The position numbers were made by a program, and so were the translations under genes. The notes below the pieces were generated by a model. It was not told the DNA's origin and did not search any database. It worked only from the letters and a program-made list of their open reading frames with translations. DNA of 49,989 nucleotides, filler included, from Jimgerdemannia flammicorona (taxonomy: Eukaryota), in NCBI GenBank assembly GCA_003990765.1. It is 2 parts of 2 records of this genome, joined end to end, with 100 filler letters (N's around TTAATTAATTAA, not from the genome) between each part and the next. Parts side by side here need not be neighbours in the genome. Positions count along the whole stretch, not along the records: positions 25,047 to 49,989 come from RBNJ01000903.1; 1 more part is not named here. One strand, 5' to 3'. Positions 37,337-49,989 of this stretch are shown piece after piece (the first letter of the stretch is position 1; every line of letters starts with the position of its first letter).

Positions 37337-39354
37337 ACTTGGTAGTAGCAGTTTACAACCCAATTCCACTTCAAGATGTTTCCTCACCCCACTATAAACC
37401 TCTCTGCGAATTCCTACAAGTTAGTATAAAGCCCAACCTCTGAACTAGAATTTATCCTGAACCATCTGACAATCTGGAGAGAATTGAACCTAATGTATAA
37501 GGACAATTTGACCTCTACACCTGCAACAAGTGGGACAAACTTCATTCAAAGAAAGAAGTACTCTGATTAAACCAACAAATAGGCAAAACCCTATTCACTG
37601 AACTCCTTGCACTACACCCAGCAAGTCAAGACAAAGAAGGTCTTATTGAAGCCTTCTTTACTCTTTTCAATAAGAGTTTTGTTAGCTCCACAAATCCAAG
37701 TGATCTAGGACAACCAGCAGCAGTCTTTCTAGTCTTAGTTCCTCACGAAGCCCAAGCCTCTGTAGCCAAGTGGCTCAACTCTACTGACTTTCACTGTACC
37801 AGGACCAAGACTGTATTATACTATCGATTCCAGAACAGCAAGGTCCACTATATTCTTAAAGAAGAAGCAAGAGAAACCCTCCATCAACTACCTGACCCTG
37901 AACCTGAAGTAGGCCCTGCTACAGCCCTACCTGAATCTGAAACCAATACCAAACCTGAACTTGACCTTGAATTAAGTCCATCTGAGATCAGATATACAAC
38001 TGATTCTGTCTACTTTGATACTGAGCAAACCCAATTATATGGAGACCAAACCAAAGAAGAGGAGGAGTATCTCAGTGAATTCAATCCCAGATACACTACT
38101 GAAGGAGATGCCCTTCCATCAGGGTAGAATACACCTACTCAGCAACAAACAGCTATCTATCAAGCCCTTACTCCAGATCCACAACTATTACTCTAGCAAC
38201 TTATACAGACCCAAAGAACCTCATCATACTCTGCACCAGTACCTCAAGTAGTATCAGTAACACTACTACCAGCAGTCCAATCGCCTCCAGTAAACAATAT
38301 GGCAAACTAACAGATTCTAGACCTCACAGCCCAGGTAGCCATAATGGCAGCAACCATTACTGCCTTAGCCGAACAGACCTGACCTACCAAAAATCTGAGC
38401 CTACCTACCTTCAATGGTACTGCACAAGAAGTCCAAAGCTTCATTAGTGTAGTTGACACCAACTTTGAAACCAATCAATGGACCAATGAGTGAGTTGCTG
38501 ACTACGTTCTGACAAACAATCAAGACCACACTCTGGAACAACTCTTTGCTATCACTACAGCCTATGTCTGCCGAGTTGTTATATTCTTCTGAGGACCTGC
38601 CGAAGAATGATGGTGAACCCTTCCTGAAAAACCCCTCATATGAGATACCCGACCTGCAGTAGTTGCTCAGAATGCAGCAAACAATGCCCCAGGATATGGA
38701 GCCCATCCTGCAGCCTCTGGACTCAAACAACTCATGATTGCCCAATACTGCAGTGAAACCATGATCGCTGAATCCCAAGTAAAACTAAATTCGATATATA
38801 TGGCAAAGAAGAATTTGAAACCTTCTGTACAAAACTCGAGTCACTCCTGAACACTATTGGTCTAGGATATATCGCAAATGATGAAGTACAAAATGGTACA
38901 AGAGCAGACCACTTATTTGATGTCCTGCCTGAATGGCTTACTAGAAAAATCTGAGAACAAGGCCACCTAGTTGGTTGTGACCACCAACAATAGTGCCTAG
39001 CAAGAATCAAGACAATGGTTAAGCGAATCCTAACAGCTGGACCAATTCTGTCATGAAGATAATTCAACAATAAGGAAAGGACTTGAACTAAGAAAGAAGA
39101 ACCCAAGCATGAAGCATCCCAAGCTCTCTCCACATCCATCTCTTGGATACTCAGAAATCATGAACCCACCCAGTCAAGTACCTTCAAGAAACTTACTGAA
39201 GGCAAAAGAAATGAACTTCGAAGAAGCGGAGTATGCTTCTATTATCAAAAGACAGGACACATGGCCAGTGCCTGCCCTAACCGAAAACCCCGAACAGCAA
39301 TAAGAGCAACTGTTACCACTCTGCACCACCTCAACAACCTGATCACCAGAACAC

Positions 39355-39760
39355 TAGACTTTGTGAAGTTAAGACAAACTGCTAAGGCCCCAACCAAAGG
39401 AAGTCAAAAAGCAGCTGGATATGACCTGTATGCAGCTGAAGAAGCTACAGTTTCCAACTGAGAAGTCAAACAAGTCTACACAGAAATCAGTATCCAAATC
39501 CCTGAAGGACATATTAGAAGAATATGCTGTCGCAGCAGCCTAGCATTGAAAGGACTCTCAGTAGAAGGAGGAGTCATTGATGAGGATTACACAGGCAAAA
39601 TTATTGTCCTCATCCAAAACTACAGTTGGACACCCTTCAAGATCCCTATTGGTTTCTGCATCACCCAGATCCTATTCGAAAAAATCGAGTCAACCCTGAT
39701 AGTCAAGGAAGTCCCTGAACTACTGCCCGCCATCTAAGGATCCAAAGGATTTGGCTCATC
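39355..39760 (+). pseudogene. dUTPase domain of element B (between Gag knuckle and protease)
   Basis: AAGYDLY, RSSLA, GGVIDEDYTG, ITQILF, *GSKGFGSS. Confidence 0.9.
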
Positions 39761-42700
39761 AAACAAGGCTCCAGCCCAATCTACTATGAGCAAAGAAGAA
39801 CAATTCTACAAGAAGATCAAAGATGGATATATACCAAGTGGCTGATGCCCTCATGGCATTGGAATGTACTCTTCCCGAATGATTGATGATTGCTTCTCTT
39901 ATATCAATGAACTGGCTCAAAGAAGAACCAACAGAAGGAAAGCTCCTACAACTAAAATCACCACCATTGGATCAGACAAACTGCTCACACTTAAGGCTTT
40001 TGTCAACCAAGCACCTGTCAAGATTATGATAGACAGTAGTGCCTCAGGCAACTTCATCAATAAAGAAACAGCCAACAGACTTAAGGTCTTCACCTCTCTG
40101 GTACAACAAACCCAAGCAGTGTCCACAGCTGATGGAACCTCACATGTTATTAGCAATGAAGTCCACAATCTATCCTTCTGAATTGGCAACTACCAAGTAC
40201 ATGTTACCCTCCAAATTGTACCACTTTCTGACAATGAAATCATCCTTGGAACTCCATGGTTAAAACAAGAGAACCCCATGATCGATTGGGTAAACCATTC
40301 TCTGACCATCAAGAAAGGATGCCACAACTTCAAACTACAAGGCGAAAAGGACTCACTTAATTCTAGTGACCCTGGACCAAAGATCACCCACATCAACAAG
40401 CTACAACTTAAAAAATTGGCCAAGAAATGCCCTCTCTTTGCCATCTCCATCTGCCTATCCAATGGAGAACCTGAGAACTCTGAAGAAGATTTTTCCAAAG
40501 TTGACAGCTATGTCAGACCACTACTCCAGAAATTTCGAGACATATTCCCAAAGAAACTCCCAAAAGGCCTACCTTCTAAATGAGCAGTAGACCATACCAT
40601 CAAGACTATCCCAGATGCCAAACCAGTCTTCAAGTCAATCTATCACATATCTCTGAGAGAAATCGATGTACTCAAGAAAGAAATTGATGAACTTCTAGAA
40701 TAAGGATTCATCAGACCCAGTGTATCACCCTATGGTGCACTGGTCCTCTTTGTTGTCAAAAAAGGAGGAGACCTGTGAATGTGCATTGACTACCATGATC
40801 TCAATGAGCAGATCATCAAGAACTATTGCCCACTACTGAGGATCAATGAAATATTCAATAGACTTACCAACCCACAATTCATGAGCTCTTTTGACCTGTG
40901 AAATAGCTATTGGCAAATTGCTATAAAAGAAGAAGATATCTACAAAACAGCTTTCCGAACTCGCTATGGACACTTCAAGTTCCTGGTTATGCCCTTTGGC
41001 TTAACTAATGCTCCAGCAATCTTCCAGACACTAATGAATACCATTCTGCATTCATACCTAGACAAATTCATTGTTGTCTACATTGATGACATCCTAGTCT
41101 TCAGCAAAACACTGGAGGAACATCTTGAACACCTTGAACTAGTACTACTGAAACTCCAAGAAAACTGACTCTTTGCAAAACTCAGCAAATGTGAATTTCT
41201 TCTAATTCCTTGGACACATTGTCACTCCAAATAGAATCAAAGTGGACTCCAGCAAAATCTCTGCAATCAAGGATTGGCCCAGACCCAAGAAGCTGAAAGA
41301 TCTCCAGTCATTCCTGGGATTAGCAAACTATTACAGGCAATTTGTTGCCAACTTTGCTAAAATCACTACCACCCTCACCCAAATAACCAAGCATAGCAAG
41401 AAACAAGAACAACCCTAGATAATAAAACAAGAGAAAGACTTCAACAATCTTGTAACTTGGGGACCTGAGCAAGATACTACCTTTCAAGCACTAAAGGATG
41501 CCCTGATAACCACTCTAGTACTTCAAGCGACAAACCCTACACTGCCATATGAAGTTATCACTAATGCCTCTGACCTAGCCCTTGGAGCAGTACTCATGCA
41601 AGAAGGACACCCTGTGGCCTATCACTCCTGCAAGTTCAATGATACTGAAATTAACTATGCAACCCATGAGAAGGAAATGCTAGCCATTGTAGATACTCTG
41701 ATCAAATGGCAACCCTACCTAGAAGGAGCATACTTCACTGTATTGACTGACCAAAAATCATTAGTCAATATCAAGACACAGGCTACCCTTTCTTGAAAGC
41801 AAGCCAGATGGATGAAAGTTCTCACTAACTTTGACTACAAAATCCAGTACCACCCTGGCAAGGAAAATATTGTTGCCGATGCAATCTCCAGACCACCAAT
41901 CAAAGAGGTTATCCAAACTCTCACCTTGGTTACAAACTCCATCATAGAACAAATTATCACAGTATGTGCCAATGATAAGGAAGTTCAAGCACTACAAGAA
42001 ATCCTGAATAGTGATGATGCTGATAAGCATATACAGTATCATCAATACCAACTGAAGGATAATGCTATCTACTACAAAGACAGACTATATATCCCAAACA
42101 ACCGAGACCTCCGAAGGACTATCCTATTCGAATGTCATGATACCCCTCCCCTACAGCTGGATATTTAGGATTTGATAAATGTTACGAAGTTATCTCCTGA
42201 AACTTCTATTGGCCCCACATGGCAGATCAGCTCAAAACCTACATCACTTTCTGTGATGCCTGCTAATGAAATAAGTCCTTAACACTAGCAAAACCCATCT
42301 TACTTTACCCTATCCCAGTACCATCTGTGAATTGGGAACAAATCTCTATGGACTTCATTGTACAACTACCCTGAACTAAGAACAGGAAAGATGCAATTGT
42401 TGTCTTTGTAGACTATCTCAGCAAACAAGCCCACTTTGTGCCTACTACCACTACTGCAACAGTACCAGACATAGCCACACTCTTGTTTGACAACATCTTC
42501 TGCTATTATGGTCTTCCCAAGATCATCATTAGTGACTGAGACCCAAAATTCTCCAGCCATTTTTAGAAAGCCCTTCATGCATACCTTGGAACAAAACTTG
42601 CACTATCTACAGCCTTTCATGTCGAAATGGATGGTCAAACTGAAAGAATGAACTGAACTCTGGAACAAATACTAAGGAGCTATGTTTCCTACAGACAAGA

Positions 42701-43631
42701 TGACTGGCATGAACACCTCACTGCAGTCGAGTTTGTTTATAACAACAGCAAGCAAGCCTCTCTCGGAATGACTCCATTCTTTGCCAATACTGGACAAAAC
42801 CCAAACACCCCTTTGACACTTATCTGAACCACTGAAGAACCCTCTACAGTCGAAGCTGTTGAAGAATTCTTACTCCGAATGCACAATCTAAGCCAGATTG
42901 CCATTGAGAATTTATCACGAGCTCAAGAACAACAGTCACAGTATGTTAACCAATACTGCCAAGAAGAAACCTTTGATATTGGAGAAAAAGTTCTACTGAA
43001 CATCAGAGGATACCGAATTGACAACCTCAAGCACAGACCATCTACGAAGCTGAACAGTAAGTTCATTGGACCATTCAAAGTCATTGCACAAGTCTCTCCA
43101 ACCTCCTACAAATTGGTACTACTAGATACCATTAAGATTCACCCAGTCTTTAATGTTCAACATCTCAAGTAATATAATGAGAATGATGATGAGCTATTTC
43201 CAAACCAGACTACTAAACTACCTGCACCTATCATTATTAATGACCAAGAAGAGTATAAAGTTGAACAAATCCTCAACAAATGTGGCAACAAGGGCCACCC
43301 TGAGTACCTTGTCAAATGGAAAGATTACCCAATCCACAATGCAACTTGGGAACCCAAGACCAATCTCCAGAATACTACTGACCTAGTTCAGGAATATGGT
43401 TCCTTGAACAACTAGAACCAAATACTCCACACCTATCCATACATACTATGTATATATTATCCTCCCGAACATTATAATTATTGCAAACCAAACCAAGAAC
43501 TCAGCAAAACAAGACAAGAATACTGACCCTCTGAAAAAATGGCAAAACTAAAAGCAAGCCTATTCTCCCTGTACCACTGAACAAAATTAGAAGGCCCTGA
43601 TGAGGATGTCAAAAGCTAAGAAGGGGAGAGT

Positions 43632-44900
43632 TGTAAGCACACAACCTCTAAGCCACTGAAATTACATGTCACCCTCTGAACAAGCCACTGAAATCACATA
43701 TGACCTCTGAATAAATCTGGAAATCACCTGCTTGATCATAAAGCTGAGTCAAACCAAAGTCACAGCACACAAAGCTGAGTCAATATGAAGTCACAGAACA
43801 CAAGATTTACACAAATGGAATCTTACCAATTAGGATCAAATGCATATATACTGAGCACCGAGACATGTCGAATCAGAGAACCAAAATAAACAACAACTAC
43901 AACTTCCAAACACACAAACATGAACACTGAGATCTATACCTATATCTGCACTGACATTTGGAATGCTATTGTCAACCGAGCCACACCCCCTCCGCCCCTC
44001 ATGAATATCCATAGCCTAGCACCCCTCTACTTCATGGAAGTCTGATGGAATGCTCTGAACATACTTAGCAAGGCCTATCAAATCGGACAAATCTCAAGCT
44101 ACTACCAGATCGGCCACCTCCTGGAAGATATGATCGAACACCACCATGATACAGATATCACCCAGATGTCTCAACACCAGAAGCTTATCACCCGCAAACA
44201 TCGAGAACTCTTCTATAAGTATAGTACCATTATTCCCTACCTCCGAGTTACTACAGCTGAAATGGTTGCTACTCTGTCCTATGGCCAAATCGATGACATG
44301 ATACAAGAACTCAACCACAAGTACCTCGAGTACGTTGAAACCACAGACAGAACCTTCTCACACCCCAATGATCATATCCTGCAAATGCCCCAAGTTGGAT
44401 ATGCCATGAAGGATATCTATGATATAATCCACTTCGATAAAGATGAAGCAGAAGACAATGATCCCTCTGATGCCAATATGACCTCTAGCCAAGGATCTCT
44501 ACCAACCCTGATCACACCACCAACCTTGCCGATGAACTTACAATAATTTATAACAGCATACAAGACTTATTGGGACAATGACCACTGGTATGAATACCAA
44601 CCTGCATTCACTCCCGATTACTTCAACTACAATGAAGAGATCAGAGAATACAATCTGTACCTCTAGACAACCCTTGAGATTGAACCAACCACTCCACCAC
44701 CTGAGTATAAGCAATATAAACTACAGCCCCCAGCTTACTACAACCCTGCAACTCATAGTGCTGTAACCTACAGAAGGTATGCAGACAGTGAATCCGATGA
44801 AAGTAAAGATGATGTACCCCTCCTCTGCCCACCAACACCTTATCCAGCATATGAGACAGATGATACTATTCTGTAGGATGGTGATGAAGTTCCAATGTAT
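43632..44900 (+). repeat. Element B 3' LTR (partial)
   Basis: Direct repeat of 35275-36543. Similarity stops abruptly at TGTGAC 44901. Confidence 0.92.
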
Positions 44901-45048
44901 TGTGACAAACCAAGACATACTACCCGAATCATATCTTTACCAGATGATGTGAACAAGATGACATGAATACTCAGCTTAGTAACCAGTAACCATTTGCTGT
45001 GGAAACTGTATAAATAGCTGGACATACCAGAAAGGGTCTGTTTACCTA

Positions 45049-45119
45049 TACAGACTCTGTACACTGTACAGACTCTGTACACTGTACAGGTCCTGTACAC
45101 CATACAGACTCTGTACACC
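45049..45119 (+). repeat. 4 x 18-bp tandem repeat (TACAGACTCTGTACACTG) in element C LTR
   Basis: Directly visible, lying between two TATA-like boxes (~45010, ~45177). Confidence 0.85.
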
Positions 45120-46288
45120 TGCCATAAGTAGCAGATCTATAGTTAGCCACATAGTAACCAGATAGCAACCAACTTGTATAAATTACCCCAGTGGCGAGAG
45201 TGAATAAAACCTCAGTCCGAAAGTTGAATACAAACCAAAGCAAAAGTCAATTGTCTGGTACACTTAGGAGAAACGCCTGCCAAAAGCCACTTGATCTAGG
45301 AAGGATTGCAACACTTAGGAGATACGCCTGCCAAAGAGCCACTGCCAAGAAGTTGTGAGCTTGGTTCTCTTCTCTTCCACTCCGGTCCACTTTCCGATAC
45401 AAAGCTTAAAGATTTGCCACCAAGTTCAAGGAAGAACTTCGCTGCCTTTGGAACTATTGGTTCGCTTGCCAGATAAGCCTGAAGTTTGCAACCCAAGTTC
45501 AAGGAAGAACTTCGCCGTCGTTTCCCAGTTAGAAGCCCGCCGATCTGGAAGAACTCGCGCCACCCAAGTAGTATTCCCAGTTGAAGCCAAATCTGCGCCA
45601 CCCAAGTTATCTGAGTTATCCGCCGCCTTCTGAATTATCCGCCATATTCCCAGTTAAGCCGCCGTTTTCAAGAAGTCTGCCGATTCAGGAAGAGTCTGCG
45701 TCGTCCGCCATTTTCAAGTTATCCGCATTCCTAGAAGAACCATCTGAGTTATTCGTTATTCCCAGTGAGCCCGAGAAGAATCCGCCGCCTGTACTATTTC
45801 CAGTAATAAGAACCCGTGCCATATATTCCCAGTAAGCCAAATCGGATTATCTGCCGAATTATCAGAATATCCGCATAAGGAACCCATCGCGCTACACAAG
45901 AAATCGCCCACCACCCAAGAAGGAGAACTGCTAAATTACCAGACCGTCACGCACAGAGATCGTCGTGCTACACAGAGATCATCACGCAGAAATCGCATAC
46001 TTTTGGAAATTATCTCACTACACAAAATTGTACCATTCCCAGTTGACCCAAGAAGGAAAGGATACACACAAATCACCGCTACACCCAGAGAACTGTCCCA
46101 ATAAGGAAATCGCTCACACAGTATCCAGATCTTGACTATTATACCGCTAAACACCAAGAACATTTTGTTGCTTTTAACAAAGTAACTGGGGGCTCAAGCC
46201 AAACTACATCAACCCCCAACCTTGTAATTTGCCTCCATTGAGCCAGCATGTTACATTTGGGGGCTCAACTGGGAAGATTTCAAAATCG

Positions 46289-49039
46289 ATGTGACTTTTC
46301 AGCTCACAAGAACCCACAGTCAAACTGGATACATTTGATATAACACCAATCTCTGCCACTATAGGAGAACCAGTCATCACTAGCATTTGGACAGGAAGAG
46401 AAGTAATCACCTCAAGACTTGCCAACTACCCAGCATCAGAAGGATCCCAACCAGAAGCAGGAGGCAGTACAGCCCGAAATCCTCAACCAGACCAACCAGA
46501 CAATACAGACAGCCCTGCTAGAGTTTTTGGAGAACTTGCACAAGAACTAGACGAACTTATTACCCGGGCTCAACATTTTACAGCCAGACAGCATACACCA
46601 GCCCCACCAATCTCACCAATAGAACCCCTACCACAACCTCTTGCAGAACAAGAAGTAGCTCCCACAAGGATACCTAGGCCTACTCCACCTCATCCAAGGA
46701 CCAGAACACCATCTTCAATATACCCAAGCACCCTGGTCTCTAGTGACAGTTCAGAAAGTGAATCAGAATCAGAATCCGAATTTGAATCAGAACCAGAAGA
46801 AAGTGACGAAGAAATGGCCACCTCATTGCCAATCTTTGCAGGATACCCAGAGGAAGACCCCAGAGAATTTCTTGATGGAATTGAGGGAATTGCAGCCCTG
46901 AGGAATCTCTCAGATGAAAGGAAAATCGCCATCTACAAAGCTCAGCTCAGAGAACCAGCCAGAGGGATTTTCTATCGAACAGCAAATGACCCAGACTCCG
47001 AGCTAGCAAGGCAGATACAAGCAGCAGCCTCCTATGAGCTAGAATATCAGGCCATGGTCTACTGGCTCATAGAAAAGTATGCAGGAAATGAAACCCGCCA
47101 CAAGGCCCAGGAATCCATCATGGGAATGAAGATGAATCTTGGAGAATCACCCAGAGCCTTCTTCACAAGAATCCAGAAGAGGATGCACTCTGCCGGGTTC
47201 AGTGCCACCAACCAAGACATCATAGGTCCAATGACCTTCATGAATGGGATTCCTCCGAATATCGCCCAGCATGTCCACACCCTAGGCATCAGAAGGTCTG
47301 AAGAGCAAGTGGATGCAGCCCAAGGATTCTTTGATGTCAGGCAAGGAACTACCTGGAGTGACTATGACAAGAAGGAAGATAAAGAAGATATCCTGGTCAA
47401 AGCCCTACAGGGACTCCTTCAAGGACAAGACAGGTCTGAAGAAAGAAGGCCAGCCAAGGAAGAAAAGAAGGACAGAAGTGAAATTCAAGACCTCAGCTCC
47501 AAGTTGGACCGATTGGTTGGGCAGATTGAAAAACTCACCACACGTGAAAATCGGAATTACCAAAACAACAGAGGATACCCATCACAGAGGAGCCAAGGTT
47601 ATCCACCAAGAGATAACAGAAATTACCAGCAAGAAGAAAGAAGGTACCCTGCCCGAGACAGAGCCCAAGTCCAATGCTTCCACTGTGGACAATTTGGACA
47701 CTATGCCACTGAATGTGACAACAAAAGAAGTGACCGAAGGGACTCAGAACCACTAAACCGAAGGAATGACACCCAGTACAAGAAGACTGAAGCCCATCCT
47801 GTTGAAGATTTCGAGGAAGCAAGCAACAGTGAAGACTACAGTGACCTAGACTTGTACCCCACCAAGGTTACCACCTGAAAGACAGTCTACCCAGCCGAAA
47901 AAAGAAAGAGACCTGTGGGAAGACCATCCAGGAACATCAGCAGAAGAATCATTCAAGAAGAAGATGAGGAACATGAGGAGGAACAAGTTGAAACATCTCC
48001 CCGAACTCCCTCACCTTTTGTGCCTGAGACAAACGAGTTGCCACCAGAAGATGAAGAAATGGAACAAGAAGAATGGGAACTTGCTGCCCCAAAGTCTAAG
48101 AAGAAGTACACCCTGAAGACCATGCCTAGGGATATTTACAATGAAGCCTGGCAGAAGATTCAAGAAGCCAAGATGGAAGTTCCTCTCCTGCAGTTCTTGC
48201 AACTGACACCAGCTGGAGTCCGAAACAAATTGCTGAGAACCACTAGGTCTAGCACTGGCCGAGTCCCAATCCCACAGCAAGAACCAGCCTCCATCCCAGT
48301 GCAAGCAGCCGAAAGACATGTTAGCACCTACTTACATGGAGATATTGGAGGACAAAAAGCGAAAATCCTCATAGATACAGGAGCAGCTGTCTGTGTCATT
48401 GCCAAACGATTCCTGGACACCCTCCAATGGCCCATTGATGGACCATCAAACCTCAGCATCATAGTAGCAGATGGAGCCCGAACTCAACCCCTTGGAGAAG
48501 TACGAAATATCACCATCTCCCTTGGACACATTCAGTTCTCCATCCCCAAAGCTGTTGTCACCGAAGCTGTCACCTATGACATGATTCTTGGCACCAACTG
48601 GATGAAGGAAATGAATGCAGTTGTTGATATTGACCAACAAGTACTCAAGTTTGACTACCGAGGCAAGAAGTATAGAGTCAAGGTGACCAGCTATGAGCAA
48701 TCGAAGAAGAAGAAGAAGGTCACCATTCAAGAAGAGTATGCCAGCAGTGAGGAGTCTACTACAGAAGATGAAGAAGAATCCGAAGATGGAAATGATCCCA
48801 GACTCAATCCACGAATTAACCTGGTGGATGACAGACCAGAAGACAATGTGTGGGCTAAGAACACCATCCCCATCACTATTGGAGCCATTGCAGGAGAAGC
48901 CAAAGGATGCCCCACATGCCTCAAGAGACACAAGTGTCCAGAGCACTCCTCCAAGATCATGGGAACAAGAAAATCGCCTGGCACAGCCTGCCCAGAATGT
49001 AGGAGAAAGAAGAAGAAATGCAGACATATTCCAGAAACC
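46289..49039 (+). CDS. Element C gag-pol polyprotein, 5' part (Gag, CCHC knuckle, aspartic protease); two in-frame TGA
   Basis: One frame from ATG 46289 through ORFs 46814-47878 and 47915-49114. Motifs LPIFAGYPEEDPREFL, CFHCGQFGHYATEC, ILIDTGA and ILGTNW. TGA at 46292 and 47876. Confidence 0.88.
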
Positions 49040-49989
49040 ATCTCTCTCCACTACAATTCATGTTACACACGCTTTTCAACACCTTTCGAAGCATTTATTG
49101 GAGAAAGATACTAAGGCAATGTCAACCAGCAAGCAAGCCGACGTGCGTACTAGGTCGGGTGGACCTGGGGCCTTCGACTGGCAGACTGTTGGGAGAGGGT
49201 ATGGTTTGGGGATGGGGTCTTTCGGTGGCTCGAGTGGGCAGGGTGGCTCAGGCAGTGGAAGTGGCACTGGTGGGGGGGCTGGAGGGAAGCAGGGGAGGAG
49301 CTTTGCGGACACGCTGAGGGGTGGGGGCTGGCCATTGGGCACTCGTGGTGGACCGGCGGGAGGAAAGGGAAAGCAGAAGGATGGAACCGCTGGGGGAGCT
49401 GGACCTTCGCTGGGGGGAGGTGGGGGAAGTGGAGGGACGGCTGGGGGTAGGGGTGGGACTGCTGATGGTGGCGTGACGGCGAATCTGGAGAAAAAAAGAG
49501 ATGTGACAGTTGATGGCCAGGGGGGGCAGGGGCTCCCGATGCGGAAGGGGGACCTGGCTGATGGTGTAACGGGACTGGCGGTGGCCCCATTGCTCAAGAA
49601 GTCTATCTCGGAGTTCGCGGCTACCTTGTGCTTCCAGGGCTTGGCGGTGACGGCGAGGATGGTCCTGGGGCTTATCTCAAAGCAGGTGGCTGGTGCGGCC
49701 TCGGTGAAGTTCTTGAAGGGCATGGAGGGGGTTGAGGTGGGCTTTGAGGAGGCGGGCCTACTGAACGAGGCCATGAAGACAGGCGTGGTGGTTGGGGAGG
49801 TGGTGGTCCCCATGGTGAGGTGCTTGAGGTGGGACCCCAGAGTGGTGCAGCTTCTGGTGAGGGGGGTGCCCACAGTGACTAAGGAGGAGACGAGGAGGAG
49901 GGTGGAGGAGGTGATGGTTGAGTATGGGGACGTGGTGGACATCGGTTTTCAGTTGTGGGAGGGGACTACTTTCAGGACAGGTGACGTTG
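49040..49989 (+). mobile_element. Young L1/Tx1-like LINE, 5' UTR and intact ORF1 from ATG 49119, running off the window
   Basis: Open frame MSTSKQADVRTRSGG...(Gly-rich)...GDLADGVTGLAVAPLLKKS...RWDPRVVQLLVRGVP...YGDVVDIGF, homologous to the decayed ORF1 at 30460-31150. Family C homology ends at ~49038. Confidence 0.85.

Larger units (their letters stand above)
35275..44900 (+). mobile_element. Element B: chromodomain-bearing Ty3/gypsy retrotransposon with dUTPase; 3' LTR interrupted by element C
   Basis: 5' LTR 35275-37336 (TGTAAG...CTTACA) and PBS at 37340. Gag with knuckle CFYxQKTGHMASAC (~39235), dUTPase, PR (IDSSASGNF ~40030), RT (YIDD ~41080), RNase H, integrase and chromodomain (EYKVEQIL...YLVKW..ATWEP ~43250-43360). 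PPT 43619-43631, 3' LTR from 43632. Many transition stops. Confidence 0.95.
44901..49039 (+). mobile_element. Element C: young Ty3/gypsy element, 5' LTR plus gag-protease, interrupted by a LINE
   Basis: LTR TGTGAC...GTTACA (44901-46255) and PBS TGGGGGCTCAACTGGGA (46258-46274, tRNA-Pro-like). The 3' LTR is not in the window, so the LTR end is inferred from the PBS. Confidence 0.88.

Noticed and set aside
45049..45520. CRISPR-like repeat array
   Set aside because: These are tandem LTR repeats without unique regular spacers, in a eukaryotic context with no cas genes.
49076..49942. 288-aa Pro-rich minus-strand ORF
   Set aside because: Antisense shadow of the Gly-rich LINE ORF1.

Overview
Eukaryotic, almost certainly fungal DNA. 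The very intron-rich genes suggest an early-diverging lineage such as Mucoromycota, but that is inference. A ~10 kb CpG-retaining gene island (~14.7-24.9 kb) holds two genes. One is a complete telomerase reverse transcriptase gene (TERT, minus strand); by hand I can splice 29 exons into one open frame of ~1514 aa. The other, head-to-head and 211 bp away, is the 5' part of an INPP5B/OCRL-like inositol 5-phosphatase gene, cut by a scaffold gap. Everything else is retrotransposon: L1/Tx1-like LINEs and two Ty3/gypsy families, nested up to five deep and decayed by C>T/G>A hypermutation with a RIP-like CpA>TpA signature. The most unusual biology is in the LTR elements. (i) One chromovirus-like family carries a protein-coding cassette inside U3, and two copies carry different, unrelated U3 ORFs (~365 aa and ~143 aa) in otherwise shared LTRs. 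(ii) Both gypsy families encode dUTPase, at different polyprotein positions. (iii) A non-autonomous derivative keeps gag-dUTPase-protease but has lost RT, RNase H and integrase. All calls come from manual reading and translation; no searches were run.
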